From positions 2,080,001 to 2,144,000 of the forward strand of contig CAWDML010000001.1 of NCBI GenBank assembly GCA_963803435.1: DNA of 64,000 bases, in the 5' to 3' direction. The DNA is from an uncultured delta proteobacterium (GTDB lineage: Bacteria; Myxococcota; Kuafuiibacteriia; Kuafuiibacteriales; Kuafuiibacteriaceae). The notes under the pieces were generated by a model, which saw nothing but the letters and a program-made list of their open reading frames with translations, did no database searches and was not told where the DNA came from. A program made the translations under genes and the position numbers. Numbering within the stretch: the first letter of the stretch is position 1; each line of letters starts with the position of its first letter. This document shows positions 51,057 through 61,714 of this stretch, in pieces.

Positions 51057-53620
51057 TTGCGACGGCTCCTGCCGCTGATCCTGCTCGCGTCCGCCTGCGC
51101 CGGCCCGCCGCCGGAGGATCGGCCCGATCCCGACGCAGGCGTGCCCACCGACGGCGGCAACCCGATCTTCGAGCCGTCCCCGATCGCGGAGCCGGAGCCG
51201 CCGCGGATGGATCGGCCGGCGCCGCCGGTGATGACGCCGTGCCCGAGCGGGTGGCGAGAGGTCCCACCGACCGAGACCGGATTCCCCTCCGCAGTCTGCG
51301 AGCCGTTCCCCGAGGGCAGCGGGGTCATCTGCGGCGACGACGAGGCGCACTTCCCAGGGACGCCCGGCTGCGCTCGGATCGGGACCGAGTGCCCGGCGGG
51401 CGATCCGTGGCCCGCCGATCTCCCGACGGATCGCACCGTCGTCTTCGTGCGTCCCGGGGCAGCCGGGGGCAATGGGACGCGCGGCGCGCCCTACGGCTCG
51501 ATCACCGCCGCGATCGCGGCCACCGGTGACGGCGCGGTCATCGCGCTGGCGGCCGGCACCTACGACGAGGCGCTGGTGATCGACAAGGCGGTGACGCTCC
51601 TGGGCGCATGCGTCCGCGACACCCGGCTCTCCGACTCGAGCTACACCGGAACGGTGCGCGTCACCTCGCCCGGCGCCGCCCTCGAGAACCTTCACCTCGA
51701 AGGGACGGACCTCGGCGTGATGGTCGAGGCCGCCGGCGAGCTCTCGATGGTGAACGTGGTGGTGCAGGACGCGGCCGGCGGCGGCGTGGTCCTCATGGGT
51801 GGCATGCTGACGGCCGATTCGCTCGTCATCCGCGAGACGGGCGACGGCACGTACTTCGGACGCGGCCTGGTGGCCGTGGACGGCGCGCGCGTGACGGCGA
51901 GCCACGTCGAGCTCTTCGGGAACCAGGACATCGCTGTCGACGCGGAAGGCGCCACCACGGAGGTCGCGCTCAGCGACGTCACCATCCGCGACACCTCCGG
52001 GAGCCCCAAATCGGCCCAGTACGGGCTCGGCGTGCTCGCCAGCGAGGGCGCGCAGGTCGCGCTGGTGCGCGCCGGGCTGGAGCGCAACCGCGACCGCGCG
52101 CTCTGGGCTTACAACGGCACCATCAGCGCCGTCGACACGGTCATCCGCGACACCCGCCCCTCGAGCGCCGACCGCACCGACGGCATCGGCGGCCAGGCGC
52201 AGGGTGGCGGCACGCTCTCGCTCTCCCGCACCTGGATCGAGCACAGCCGGACGATCGGGGTGTACCTGTCCGAGGACGGCGCTTCGGCCCAGCTCGAGGA
52301 CGTGATCGTGAATCGCACCGACCCGCAAGCGTCGGACGACACCGGCGGCCGCGGCGTCAACGCACAGCTCGGCGTCGAGCTCACCATGACGCGGGTGCTG
52401 GTGAAGGAGAGCCACGAGATGGGCGTCTTCGTGGCGGCCGACTCCCACGCGGTGCTCACCGACGTGAGCATCGAGGACACGCACAACGTCGGGATCCTCG
52501 GCACGGGCCTCACCTTCAACTTCGGGGCACGCGCCGAGATCGCCCGGCTGCGCGTGGCGCGTGCGACTCAGGGCGGTATCGCAATCGGCGACGGCTCCAT
52601 GGTGACCATGACCGACGCGGTGGTCGAGGACACGCTCGGCCTCGACGCCGACGGCTCGGAGGGCCTCGCCCTGGTGCTCCAGAGCGGCTCCAGCCTGACC
52701 GCGTCCCGGGTGCGCATCGAGCGCTGCCTCGACCAGGGCGTCTTCCTCCGCGACCCCGGGACCACCGCGGTGTTCGACAATCTGATCGTCCAAGACGTCA
52801 AGAGCGGCCTTCCCGACGGCCGCTTCGGTCGCGGCTTCGCGGTCGAGGTGGGCGCCTCCGGTGAGATCAATCGGGGGCTCTTCGAACGAACCCACGAGCA
52901 CGCGCTCATCGCGAACGGTTCAGCCGCCGCTATCCGCGCCGAGGACCTGACCGTCCGCGACACGATGGCACGCGACAGCGACGGCTTCAGCGGCCGTGGG
53001 CTGGCCGTCCAGCTCGAGGCGAGCGCGGTGATCACGCGGGCCCGCTTCTCCGACAGCGTCGAGGTCGGCGTCTTCGTATCGGGAGAGGCGGCCACCGCCA
53101 CGCTCACCGACGTCGTCATCGAGCGAACCGAGAGCCGCTCCGACGGCGTGGGCGGTCGCGGCCTCGACATCAGCGAGGGCGGACACGTCGTCGCACGCGG
53201 GCTCCTGCTCGCAGACAACCGCGAGTTCGGCATGGTGGCCGTCGACCCGGGCTCCCGCGCCGATCTGTTCGACGCGATCGTCACCGGGACGCGAGAGAAC
53301 GGCTGCCCCACCGACGAATGCCTCGGCTTCGGCAAGGGCGGAACCGGGATCGGCTCCGCCAAGTCGGCCGCCGTCCACGTGTCGCACTTCCTGGTGGAGA
53401 AGAGCGCGCTCGCGGGCCTGGCGCTCACGCACGAGGGCACGATCGATCTGATCGACGGCGAGGTCGCGTTCAACCCGGTCGGCGTGAACGTCGACGCCGA
53501 CGGCTACAATTTGGACCGGCTCCGCGATCAGGTCCGCTACCACGACAACGATCTCACCCTGCAAGCGATCAGCGTGCCCGAGCCCCGCGCCTCCGACATC
53601 ATCGCCGGCGCGCTCAGTAG
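51057..53620 (+). CDS. Large lipoprotein with right-handed beta-helix repeats
   Basis: LLASAC lipobox; GNGTRGAPYGSITAAI; repeated L.DV.IRDT..G.GRGL. The ORF track runs on to 53972 through repeat DNA, so the true end is uncertain. Confidence 0.8.
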
Positions 53621-53623
53621 GAT

Positions 53624-53834
53624 CGTTCGCTCTTCCGTGTCTCGGCGTTCTGGCATTCGCTGTTCATGGAGACGGATCGCTCTTGCAGAAGCGTGTCGAG
53701 ATCACTGCGATGGAGAGGTGGAAGCGAAGTTTGGAGCTCGCTCGATAGCGCGATGGCAAAGGCACCCAAAGGGGGCGACTGCCAGGACAAGTGCAACACG
53801 GAAGAGCGAACGGAACGGTTTTAGGACCGGTTCC
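53624..53834. mobile_element. MITE-like R2 element
   Basis: 17-bp perfect inverted repeat cgttcgctcttccgtgt (53624-53640) / acacggaagagcgaacg (53796-53812); lower GC than the flanks; related to 7909 and 26363. Confidence 0.6.
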
Positions 53835-53841
53835 AAGTCGC

Positions 53842-55200
53842 CTATAGCCCCAGATCCTGGAGATCGCCGACCTCCAGCCCGCGCGGTCGATCGCAGGGTG
53901 CGATCACATCCAGCACGTCGAACGTCCCCGTCCGGGCCTGATCGGCCGCCGCGGTGGTCCCGTCGCGCGTGATCCCGCCGTCCCATCCCGCGGGCGGCGA
54001 GCCCTGGGCCACCGCCGCCACCGCGCCGGAGCTCGTCACGGTGATCTCGATGTCCGTGAGGCTGAGCGTCCCGAAGGCGGAGGGGAGATCGAGGAGGAGG
54101 CCGGCGCGCTCGTTGCCGCTCATGGTGACGCCGTCGATCGTGGTCTCGAGGGAGGGGCTGACCACCTGGAGGCCGTCACCGACCTCGATGCTGCCGAGCA
54201 GCTCGACCTGCCGCACCGCTGCGTGCGTGTTGTCGATGGTGGCGTCGTGGACGTCGAGGTGCGGAGTCTCGACCGCCACGAAGCCCGCGAACGTATTGTC
54301 GTGGAGGTTGCCGGTGAGCTCGACGTCGGCGCGCTCGACCCACACGCCGGCGACGCTGTTGCCGCTCGCCTCGAGGTCGGTGTGCACAGCGCTGCTCTCG
54401 ATCTGCGCCAGCCCGATCCCCTGCGTGCCGGCGACGCGGACCGAGCTCGTGGAGTAGCTGCCCGCGCCCACGAAGACCACGCCGTAGGCCGGCGGAAGCG
54501 CGAAGCCTTGGACGATCCCATCGATCGACACGTCCGAGATGGCCGCGCTCCCGCCGTCGGCCAGCACCCCGATCCCGAGGGCGTCGGAGACCGCGCCGCC
54601 GTTCCAGGTGACGGCGCCGCCGGCGAACAGTGCGCAGGCCGCGGCCGTCCCGCGAACGTCGACGTTGGTGAGCGCAGTCGTCCCGCCGGCCGCCACGATC
54701 CCATGCGTGGACGCATCGTCGATCCCGAAGTCGACCGACAGCGAGGGCGGGTTGGCGAGATCGATCGCGCCGGCGATCGAGACGTTGGTCAGCTCGGCCT
54801 CGACGTCCTCGAGCGCAACTCCGACGCCGAGCGCGGTGGTGATGTCGACATTCTCGATCGCCAGCTGCCCGCCGCGCGCGAGCACCGCTGCGTGCGAGGG
54901 TGACGCGATCGCGAGGTCGCGGACTTCGACCCGACCGTCGGTCGCGATGGTGAGCGAGCCGCGGATCATCGAAGGCGCGCCCTGTCCATGTATGGTCAGC
55001 GGGTGATCGATCGAAAAGTCACCGGCGATCGGACACGCGCCCACCTCCACGTCGGTGGCCTCGAGAGCGGCTCGAAAGTCGTCGGGCGTGCAAACCGCGG
55101 CCTCTCCGCAGCCGGCGACGAGCAGGAAAGAGAGACCCCAGGCGGCGCGAGTGGAACCCAACTGACAGTGTGTGATACCCGAGCAGGGTAGGGCTCGCAA
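53842..55200 (-). CDS. Beta-helix repeat lipoprotein
   Basis: FLLVAGC lipobox; repetitive L.NV.I..G.G beta-helix pattern; the true start is probably internal. Confidence 0.7.
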   Translation of the reverse strand: MRALPCSGITHCQLGSTRAAWGLSFLLVAGCGEAAVCTPDDFRAALEATDVEVGACPIAGDFSIDHPLTIHGQGAPSMIRGSLTIATDGRVEVRDLAIASPSHAAVLARGGQLAIENVDITTALGVGVALEDVEAELTNVSIAGAIDLANPPSLSVDFGIDDASTHGIVAAGGTTALTNVDVRGTAAACALFAGGAVTWNGGAVSDALGIGVLADGGSAAISDVSIDGIVQGFALPPAYGVVFVGAGSYSTSSVRVAGTQGIGLAQIESSAVHTDLEASGNSVAGVWVERADVELTGNLHDNTFAGFVAVETPHLDVHDATIDNTHAAVRQVELLGSIEVGDGLQVVSPSLETTIDGVTMSGNERAGLLLDLPSAFGTLSLTDIEITVTSSGAVAAVAQGSPPAGWDGGITRDGTTAAADQARTGTFDVLDVIAPCDRPRGLEVGDLQDLGL

Positions 55201-55202
55201 TC

Positions 55203-58200
55203 GTGAGCGACACTGATTCGACGCAGCCGGACATCGGCGACACCCTGGTGTTTGACGATCGTCACGCGTTCGACCTGGCCAAGACCCTCCGAGCCGACGC
55301 TTCGGGGCCGGGGGCCACGCCGCGTTGGATCAGCAAGCAGAAGATCGGCCCGTTTCAGGTGAAGGAGATCCTGGGCTGCGGCGGGATGGGTGTCGTGTAC
55401 TCCGCCGCTACACCCGACGGCCTCCTGGTCGCGGTGAAGGTGCTCTCCACCCGACCCCACCCGAAGGACGCGGAGCGCTTCGCGCGCGAGGCGGCGCTCC
55501 GGATCGATCATCCGAACGTCGTCCAGATGATCGAGGCGAAGATCGACGTCGAGGTCCCGTACATCGCGTTCGAGCTCCTCGAGGGCAGCGATCTCGATCA
55601 GCGGCTGCGCAAGGAGGGCGCGCTCTCCCCGCAGGAGACCGTCGACCTCGCGGTCCAGTCGTGCCGAGGTCTCGCCGCGGCACATGCGCTCAACATCATC
55701 CACCGCGATCTCAAGCCCGCGAACATCTTCCAGACCAAAGACGGCACGGTGAAGATCCTCGACTTCGGGATCGCGTACGTCGACGACCGCGACGGGCGTC
55801 TCACGAGCACCAACGCGATGATGGGGACGCCCCACTACATGGCGCCGGAGCAGGCGCGCGGCGACAAGTCCTTCGACGCGCGCACCGACGTCTGGGGTCT
55901 GGGCGCCGTCCTCTATCACGCCATCACCGGCAGGCCGCCCTTCCCTCGCGAGTCGCGCGTCGCCACCCTGCTCGCCGTCGTCACCGAGGAGATCGCACCC
56001 ATCGAAGAGATCGCGCCCACCGTCCCGCGCGCCCTCGCCAACATCATCGAGCGCGCGCTCTCCAAGACCCGGGAGGACCGCTGGCCCAACATGGAGACGA
56101 TGCTGGCCGCGCTGGAGATGCTGGGACCGGTCGGCGCCGAGGTCGACCCGCACTCCAAGGAGCGGGGCGGCGCGATCGCGCCGGGGGAGCAGCGGATCGT
56201 GGCCGTGCTGATGGCCCGCGGGATCTTCGATCGAGATCTCCTCAAGAAGGAGATCGAGTCGCGCGACGGCGTGATCGTCCCGATCATCGGCGGGCAGGCG
56301 GTCGGCCTGTTCGGCGTCAAGCAGTGGCGGGGCGACGAGATTGAGCGGGCGGTGGAGGCCGGAATGGCGTCGCGCCCGTTCGTCGAGCGGGTCGCGGTCG
56401 CGTCGGGCCGAGTGGCCCAGACCGGCGCCAAGGTCTCCGGCGGCGTGGTTCGTGCCGCCGAGGCCTGCTGCGACGCGGAGGTGGACGGCCTGGCCCTCGA
56501 CGCCTCCGCCGCCCAGGCGGTCGCCAACCTCTTCGTCCTCTCCGAGATGAGCCCGGGCGTGTTTCAGGTCGGGGACCGCAAGCCGCGCACGTTGTTCACG
56601 ACCCAGCTGGAGAAGCTCGAGACGGGCGCGCCGCTATTCGGTCGCGACGCCGAGCTCGCGCGCATCACCCGCGCGCTCCGCTCGGTGGTCGAGGAGCGGC
56701 AGGCGCGGACCGTGGTCGTGCTCGGACCGGTCGGGATGGGCAAGCGGCGGCTCGGACAGGAGGCGATGCGGCGGCTCGACGAGCGCGCGGCCGCGTCCTC
56801 GCCGGCGAAGCTCCTCCATGCGCGCGCGGAGGCCCAGCAGATGAGCTCCGCGTTCGCGCTGCTGCGGCGCGTGCTCGAGGAGCGCGCCGAGCTGGGTGCC
56901 TCGCAGTGGGGCTGGCCACGGCTCGGCGGCGAGGCGCCGCTGGGCGAACGCCAGCACGCGGTCATGCGCCTGATCGACGAGGCGATCGCCGACCGCCGCC
57001 AGGCCGCCCACAACGCCGGGTTCCTGGGCCGGCTGGTCGGAGTCGAGATGCCCGAGACCGCGGACCTCGCCGCCGCGCGCGCCGATCCGCAGCTGATGCA
57101 GGACCGGTTGCGGATCGCGCTCCTCGAATATCTGCTCGGCCTCCTCGCGATTGCCCCCGTGGGGCTCTTCCTCGAGGAGATCCAGTGGGCCGACCCCGAC
57201 TCGCTGGCACTCCTCGACGAGCTCTTCGAGGAAGCCGCTGAGCACCCCCTGTTCATGCTGCTGACCAGCCGCCCCGACCTCGACCGGAGCGCCGTCGACT
57301 TCCTCGGCGGGCGAGGCGTGCTCGAGATCGAGCTCGAGGGTCTCGAGCGCCTCGATGTGGCGGATATGGCCAAGTGGATCGCATCGCGGGCGCTCCCGGA
57401 CGCGCTCGTTGATGCGCTCGCCGAACGCACCGGCGGCAACCCGCTCTTCGTGGAGCAGATCGTCTCTGCGCTGGTGTCCGAAGCGCGGCTCGACGCTGCA
57501 CCGGAGAACCTCCCGCTCCCGCTGACCGTCGAGGCCGCCGTGCAGTCGCGCCTCGATCAGCTCTCGACGCAGGAGAAAGCGGCCTGCCGCCGCTGCTCGG
57601 TCCTCAATCGACCGTTCTTCCACCACGAAGCAGCTGCCCTCGGCATCGAGGACGCGCCGGACCTCCTCAAGCGCCTGGTGGAGAAGCGTATCCTGACGAT
57701 GAAGAAGAAGAAGCGGCTCGTGATGGGGCCCGAGTATCGCTTCAAGAGCACGCTGATCCAGGACGTCGCCTACCGCATGATCGTCGAGGAGCAACGGAGC
57801 CCGCTGCACGCGAAGGCCGCGGCCTACCTCTCGCGGCTGGCCGATACGGATCCCGAGGAGCTGGCCTTCCACTACGAGCGCGCCGGCGACCTCCGCCGCG
57901 CGGCCCTCCACTATGCGCGGGCCTCCTTCGCGGCCGCACGACGGGGCGATAGCCGCCGGGTCGAGCTCTGCTCGGGACGCGCGTTCACGCTGGGCGCGCC
58001 GGAAGAGGCGATGTTCGACCTGGCGATGATCCGCAGTGAGGCGCTCCAGTTCCTCGGCAATCACGGGGAGCGCAACCACGCCATCGAGGTGGCGCTCTCG
58101 TCCGCCAAGAACGCGAGCGAGCGGGCCCAAGCTCTGGCGGAGCAGGTGAAGAACGAGCTCCTCGGCGGTCGCCTCGAGCGCGCGATCGCGTCGGCGGAGG

Positions 58201-59154
58201 AGGCGGTGACCAAGGCCCAGGAGGCCCGCGACTCCGACGTGCTGGTCCTCGCCCTCGGCCGCTACGGCCTGGCGCTCACCAAGGCGGGGAGGCTGCCCGA
58301 CGCGCGCCGCGTCCTCGATGAGGCCGATCGCGTGGCGACGCTGGCGCCGATCCACCTGCGCGCGTTGATCTCCGGGTTGGAAGGGTCAGCTCGCCGGCGC
58401 GCGCGGAGACCTGGCCGGGCGCCTGGCCGCGTTCGAGCAGGCCGTCCAGCTCTACGAGCGCGCCGGCGACGCCCGACGCGTGGCGGGCGCCAAGGTCAAC
58501 GTCGCCGACGTCTACAACCGAACCGGCGACTATCACCGCGCCGAGCGCGCGCTCGAGGAGGCGCAATTCGAGAGCCACCGCGTCCACAACCTACCGATGC
58601 GGGGCTACGCGATGGTGAACCGCGCCTACTCGCTGACCTCGCTCGGGCGCACGGACGAGGCCATGAACCTCCTGGTGGAGGCGAGCAGGATCGCGGACGA
58701 GATCGGCGATCAGCAGCTCGAGCTCTACGCGCGCTTCTACCGGGTGCGCGCACACGCCGGCAGCGCCGAGGGCCAGCAGGCCGACGAAGCCGAGGCCATC
58801 GCGAAGAGCGCCGAGAAGCGCTTCCCCGGCCTGGCCATCAACGCGTTCGCGCGGGCCGCCAGCCTCCGCTACCGCCTGAGCCAGCACGACCGCGCGCTCG
58901 CCCTCTCGACGCGCGCCCTGGAGCTGCTGGACCGGATCGGCGCCACGGAGGAGGACGAGGCCGAGGTCTACCTCACGCACGCGCGCCTGCTGGAGAAGTC
59001 GGGGCGCGTGCAGGAGTCGGAGGAGACCCTCCGACGCGGTCGCAAGCGGCTGTTCGAGATGGCGGACGCGATCGAGGACGTGGCGCTGCGGGAGCAGCTG
59101 CTGCACGGGGTGCCGGCACACCGCACGCTGCTGGCGTTGTCGGCGGGGTTGTAG
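55203..59154 (+). CDS. Ser/Thr kinase - degenerate cyclase-like - AAA ATPase - TPR protein, frameshift near 58390
   Basis: HRDLKPAN/DFG; GRDAEL..GPVGMGK; LEEIQWAD; TGGNPLFVEQ; the TPR tail is in ORF 58480-59154. Confidence 0.88.
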
Positions 59155-59183
59155 CCCCGCTGCGCCTGGATCCCCTGACGACG

Positions 59184-59400
59184 CCACCGTCACCGTCACC
59201 GTCACCCAGCACCGACCCCGGACCCCGGACCCCGAACACGGGACGCGGAGCACGGCGCTCGGATCGCACGCTCGATGCGGCCCGGGGACGCACCGTGGTC
59301 CGTGGCACGTGCTCCGATCTTCGGTGTTCCGTGTCCGTGCTGGGTGACCGTGACGGTGACGGTGACGGTGACGGCCTCGGGACGCGGACGCGGACGCCAG
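59184..59400. repeat. Intergenic inverted hexamer-repeat hairpin between convergent genes
   Basis: (caccgt)n-cacccagcac at 59184-59212 pairs with gtgctgggtgac-(gtgacg)n at 59337-59374; (gaccccg)n and (ggacgc)n tracts are also present. Confidence 0.8.
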
Positions 59401-59440
59401 CCGCAGCTACGGGCGGACGGGGATGCGGATACGGGCGCGC

Positions 59441-60872
59441 CTACGCTCGCTCTTCCACTGGCGGCGCGTCTCTCTCTACCGGCTCGGCGCGCTGCTTGAG
59501 GACCTCGAACGCGGCCACTCGATACGCCTCCGCGAGCGTGGGGAAGTTGAAGATTCTGATCGACGAACGTCTCGATCCCGAGGCGGCCGATCAGGGCGAG
59601 CTGGCCCAGGTGGATCAGCTCGGCGGCGCCCTCGCCGACGATCTGGACGCCGAGCACGCGCTCGCCGCGCTGGTCGGCCACCAGCTTCAGGAGGCCGTCC
59701 TCGATGCCGGCGATTTGACCGCGCGCGATCTCCTCGAAGCGGGCGCGACCCACCAGGGCGCCGCCGAAGGTCTCGACGGCCTGCGCCTCGGAGAGCCCCA
59801 CGCTGGCGATCTCGGGGATGGTGTACACGCCGGCCGGGATCGTGGAGACCGCCTCGTGACCGGCGAGGCCGACGATCTCGCAGGCGACGCGGCGCCCCTG
59901 GTCCATCGCGGCCGAGGCGAGCGAAGGGGGGCCGATCACGTCGCCGGCGGCGAAGATGTGGGGGACGGCGGTGCGGCCGACGGCGTCGACCGTCAGGAGC
60001 CCGCGAGCGTTGGCGGTGAGGCCGGCGGCCTCGATGTGGAGCGCCTCCACGTTGGCGATCCGGCCCAGGGCGCACAGGAGCTTCTCGGCGGAGACGGTGG
60101 ACCCGTCGTCGAGCGAGACCGTCACGCCGGTGAAGTCGTCGCTCGCCACGCTCAAGACGGTACGACCCCCGAGGAATCGGCCGCCCGATCGCTCGAACGA
60201 AGTGGTGAAGCGCTCCACCACCTCCGGATCGAGGAACATCAGCGGGCGGTCGGCGCGATCGATCATGGTCACCCGCACGCCCAGCGCCGCAAAGATGGAG
60301 GCGTACTCCGACGCGATCACGCCGCCACCCAGCACGGTGAGCGACTTCGGCAGGTACGCGAGGGACAGGATCGAGTCGCTGTCGAGGACGTTCTCGTGAT
60401 CGATCGGGATGTTCTCGGGGTTGCGCGGCCGCGAGCCGGTCGCGATCACCACCGACTCACCCCAGGCTGCACGCCGCTCTCGCGACGGGAAGCAGACCTC
60501 GAGCTCGTGCGGCGAGGTGAAGCGCGCGCGCCCGTGCCAGCGCTCGATCCCGTTACGGGAGAGCTGATCGCGGACGCACCGCTCGTGGACCTCGACCACC
60601 CGCTCCTTGCGGGCGAGCAGGCTCATCAGCCGGAGGTCGGGGGGGATCTGCAGAGGGATCAGGCCGGCGCTCTTGCGGCGGAAGGCCAGCAGCGCCACCG
60701 CCGTCTCGCGGAGCGTCTTGCTCGGGATCGTGCCGTAGTGGACGCAGGCACCGCCGACGCAGGCATCCTCCTCGAGCACCAGCACCGTGCGACCCGCCTT
60801 CGCGGCCTGGATCGCCGCCTTCTGGCCGGCCGGCCCGCTGCCGATCACGACCAGATCGTAGCGTGCGGTCAT
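59441..60872 (-). CDS. sthA: Soluble pyridine nucleotide transhydrogenase, frameshift near 59555
   Basis: YDLVVIGSGPAGQKAAIQAAK, GGACVHYGTIPSKTLRE (only one Cys), GGGVIASEYAS, ELIHLGQ, FNFPTLAEAYRVAA. Confidence 0.9.
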
Positions 60873-61678
60873 GACGCGGCCCGCACACTGGCGAGGATCG
60901 ACTCCGAGAAGCCGACCAGGGTCTCGACCTGCTCCGGGTAGAGGTGGAGCTTCTCGATCGCGGAGTCGGGGCGATCGGGCAGCTCGCCGCCCATCGCGTG
61001 TCCGGCCAGCGTGTCGGCGAGCTGGACCACCAGCGTCATCGGCGCGGTGGCGTTGGGATCGTGGTGGCGCGCGATCGCGTCGACGATCGGCTGCGGCAGC
61101 GACCAGCGGCGCGCCACCTCGCAGCCCACCTCGGCGTGGAGCTCCTCGACCAGCATCGAGATCAGCGCGCGGGGAGCGTTTTGACCGAAGCCCCGGGCGC
61201 CGTCGAGCAGGGCCTGGATCAGGATCGGTCGCCCCAGATCGTGGACCAGCCCGGCGAGGAACGCCTCCTCGACGCTCCATCGCTTCGCTCGGGCCACCTC
61301 TTTCGCGAACAACGCGGTCGCGATCGCGTGCCCGAAGATGTCGCGGATCTCGGACTCCCAACCGGGGGCCCGGAGGACCGGCGCCTTCACGGCCACGATC
61401 ATCGCGATCTCACCGACGATGCGCGCGCCCAGCCGAAGCATCGCCTGCTTGATCGAGACGATCGATCCGTTCGGCGCGTACATCGGCGAGTTGGCGACGC
61501 GGAGCAGGTGCGCGGCGATCGTTTGATCGCGCTCGGCGATCTCGGCCAGCCGTCGAGCGTCGACGCTGGGGTCCGCCGCCGCCCGCATGGCCTCGTGTGC
61601 GACCGTGGGCAGGACGGGGACGTCCAGGTTGCCGTTGCTCAGCCGCTCGCCGACCCAGTCTCGAAGTTGGGCCTCCAC
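60869..61678 (-). CDS. HDOD domain protein
   Basis: PVLP, DQTIAAHLLRVANSPMY, AFLAGLVHDLG, HAEVG..WSLP..IARHH. Confidence 0.92.
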   Translation of the reverse strand: MEAQLRDWVGERLSNGNLDVPVLPTVAHEAMRAAADPSVDARRLAEIAERDQTIAAHLLRVANSPMYAPNGSIVSIKQAMLRLGARIVGEIAMIVAVKAPVLRAPGWESEIRDIFGHAIATALFAKEVARAKRWSVEEAFLAGLVHDLGRPILIQALLDGARGFGQNAPRALISMLVEELHAEVGCEVARRWSLPQPIVDAIARHHDPNATAPMTLVVQLADTLAGHAMGGELPDRPDSAIEKLHLYPEQVETLVGFSESILASVRAAS

Positions 61679-61714
61679 GAGGATCCAATCGCCCCCCGGC
61701 CGGGAAACTTGAGG

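Noticed and set aside
55203-60941. 1912-aa ORF as one giant protein
   Set aside because: After the frameshift near 58390 it reads through repeats and the antisense strand of sthA.
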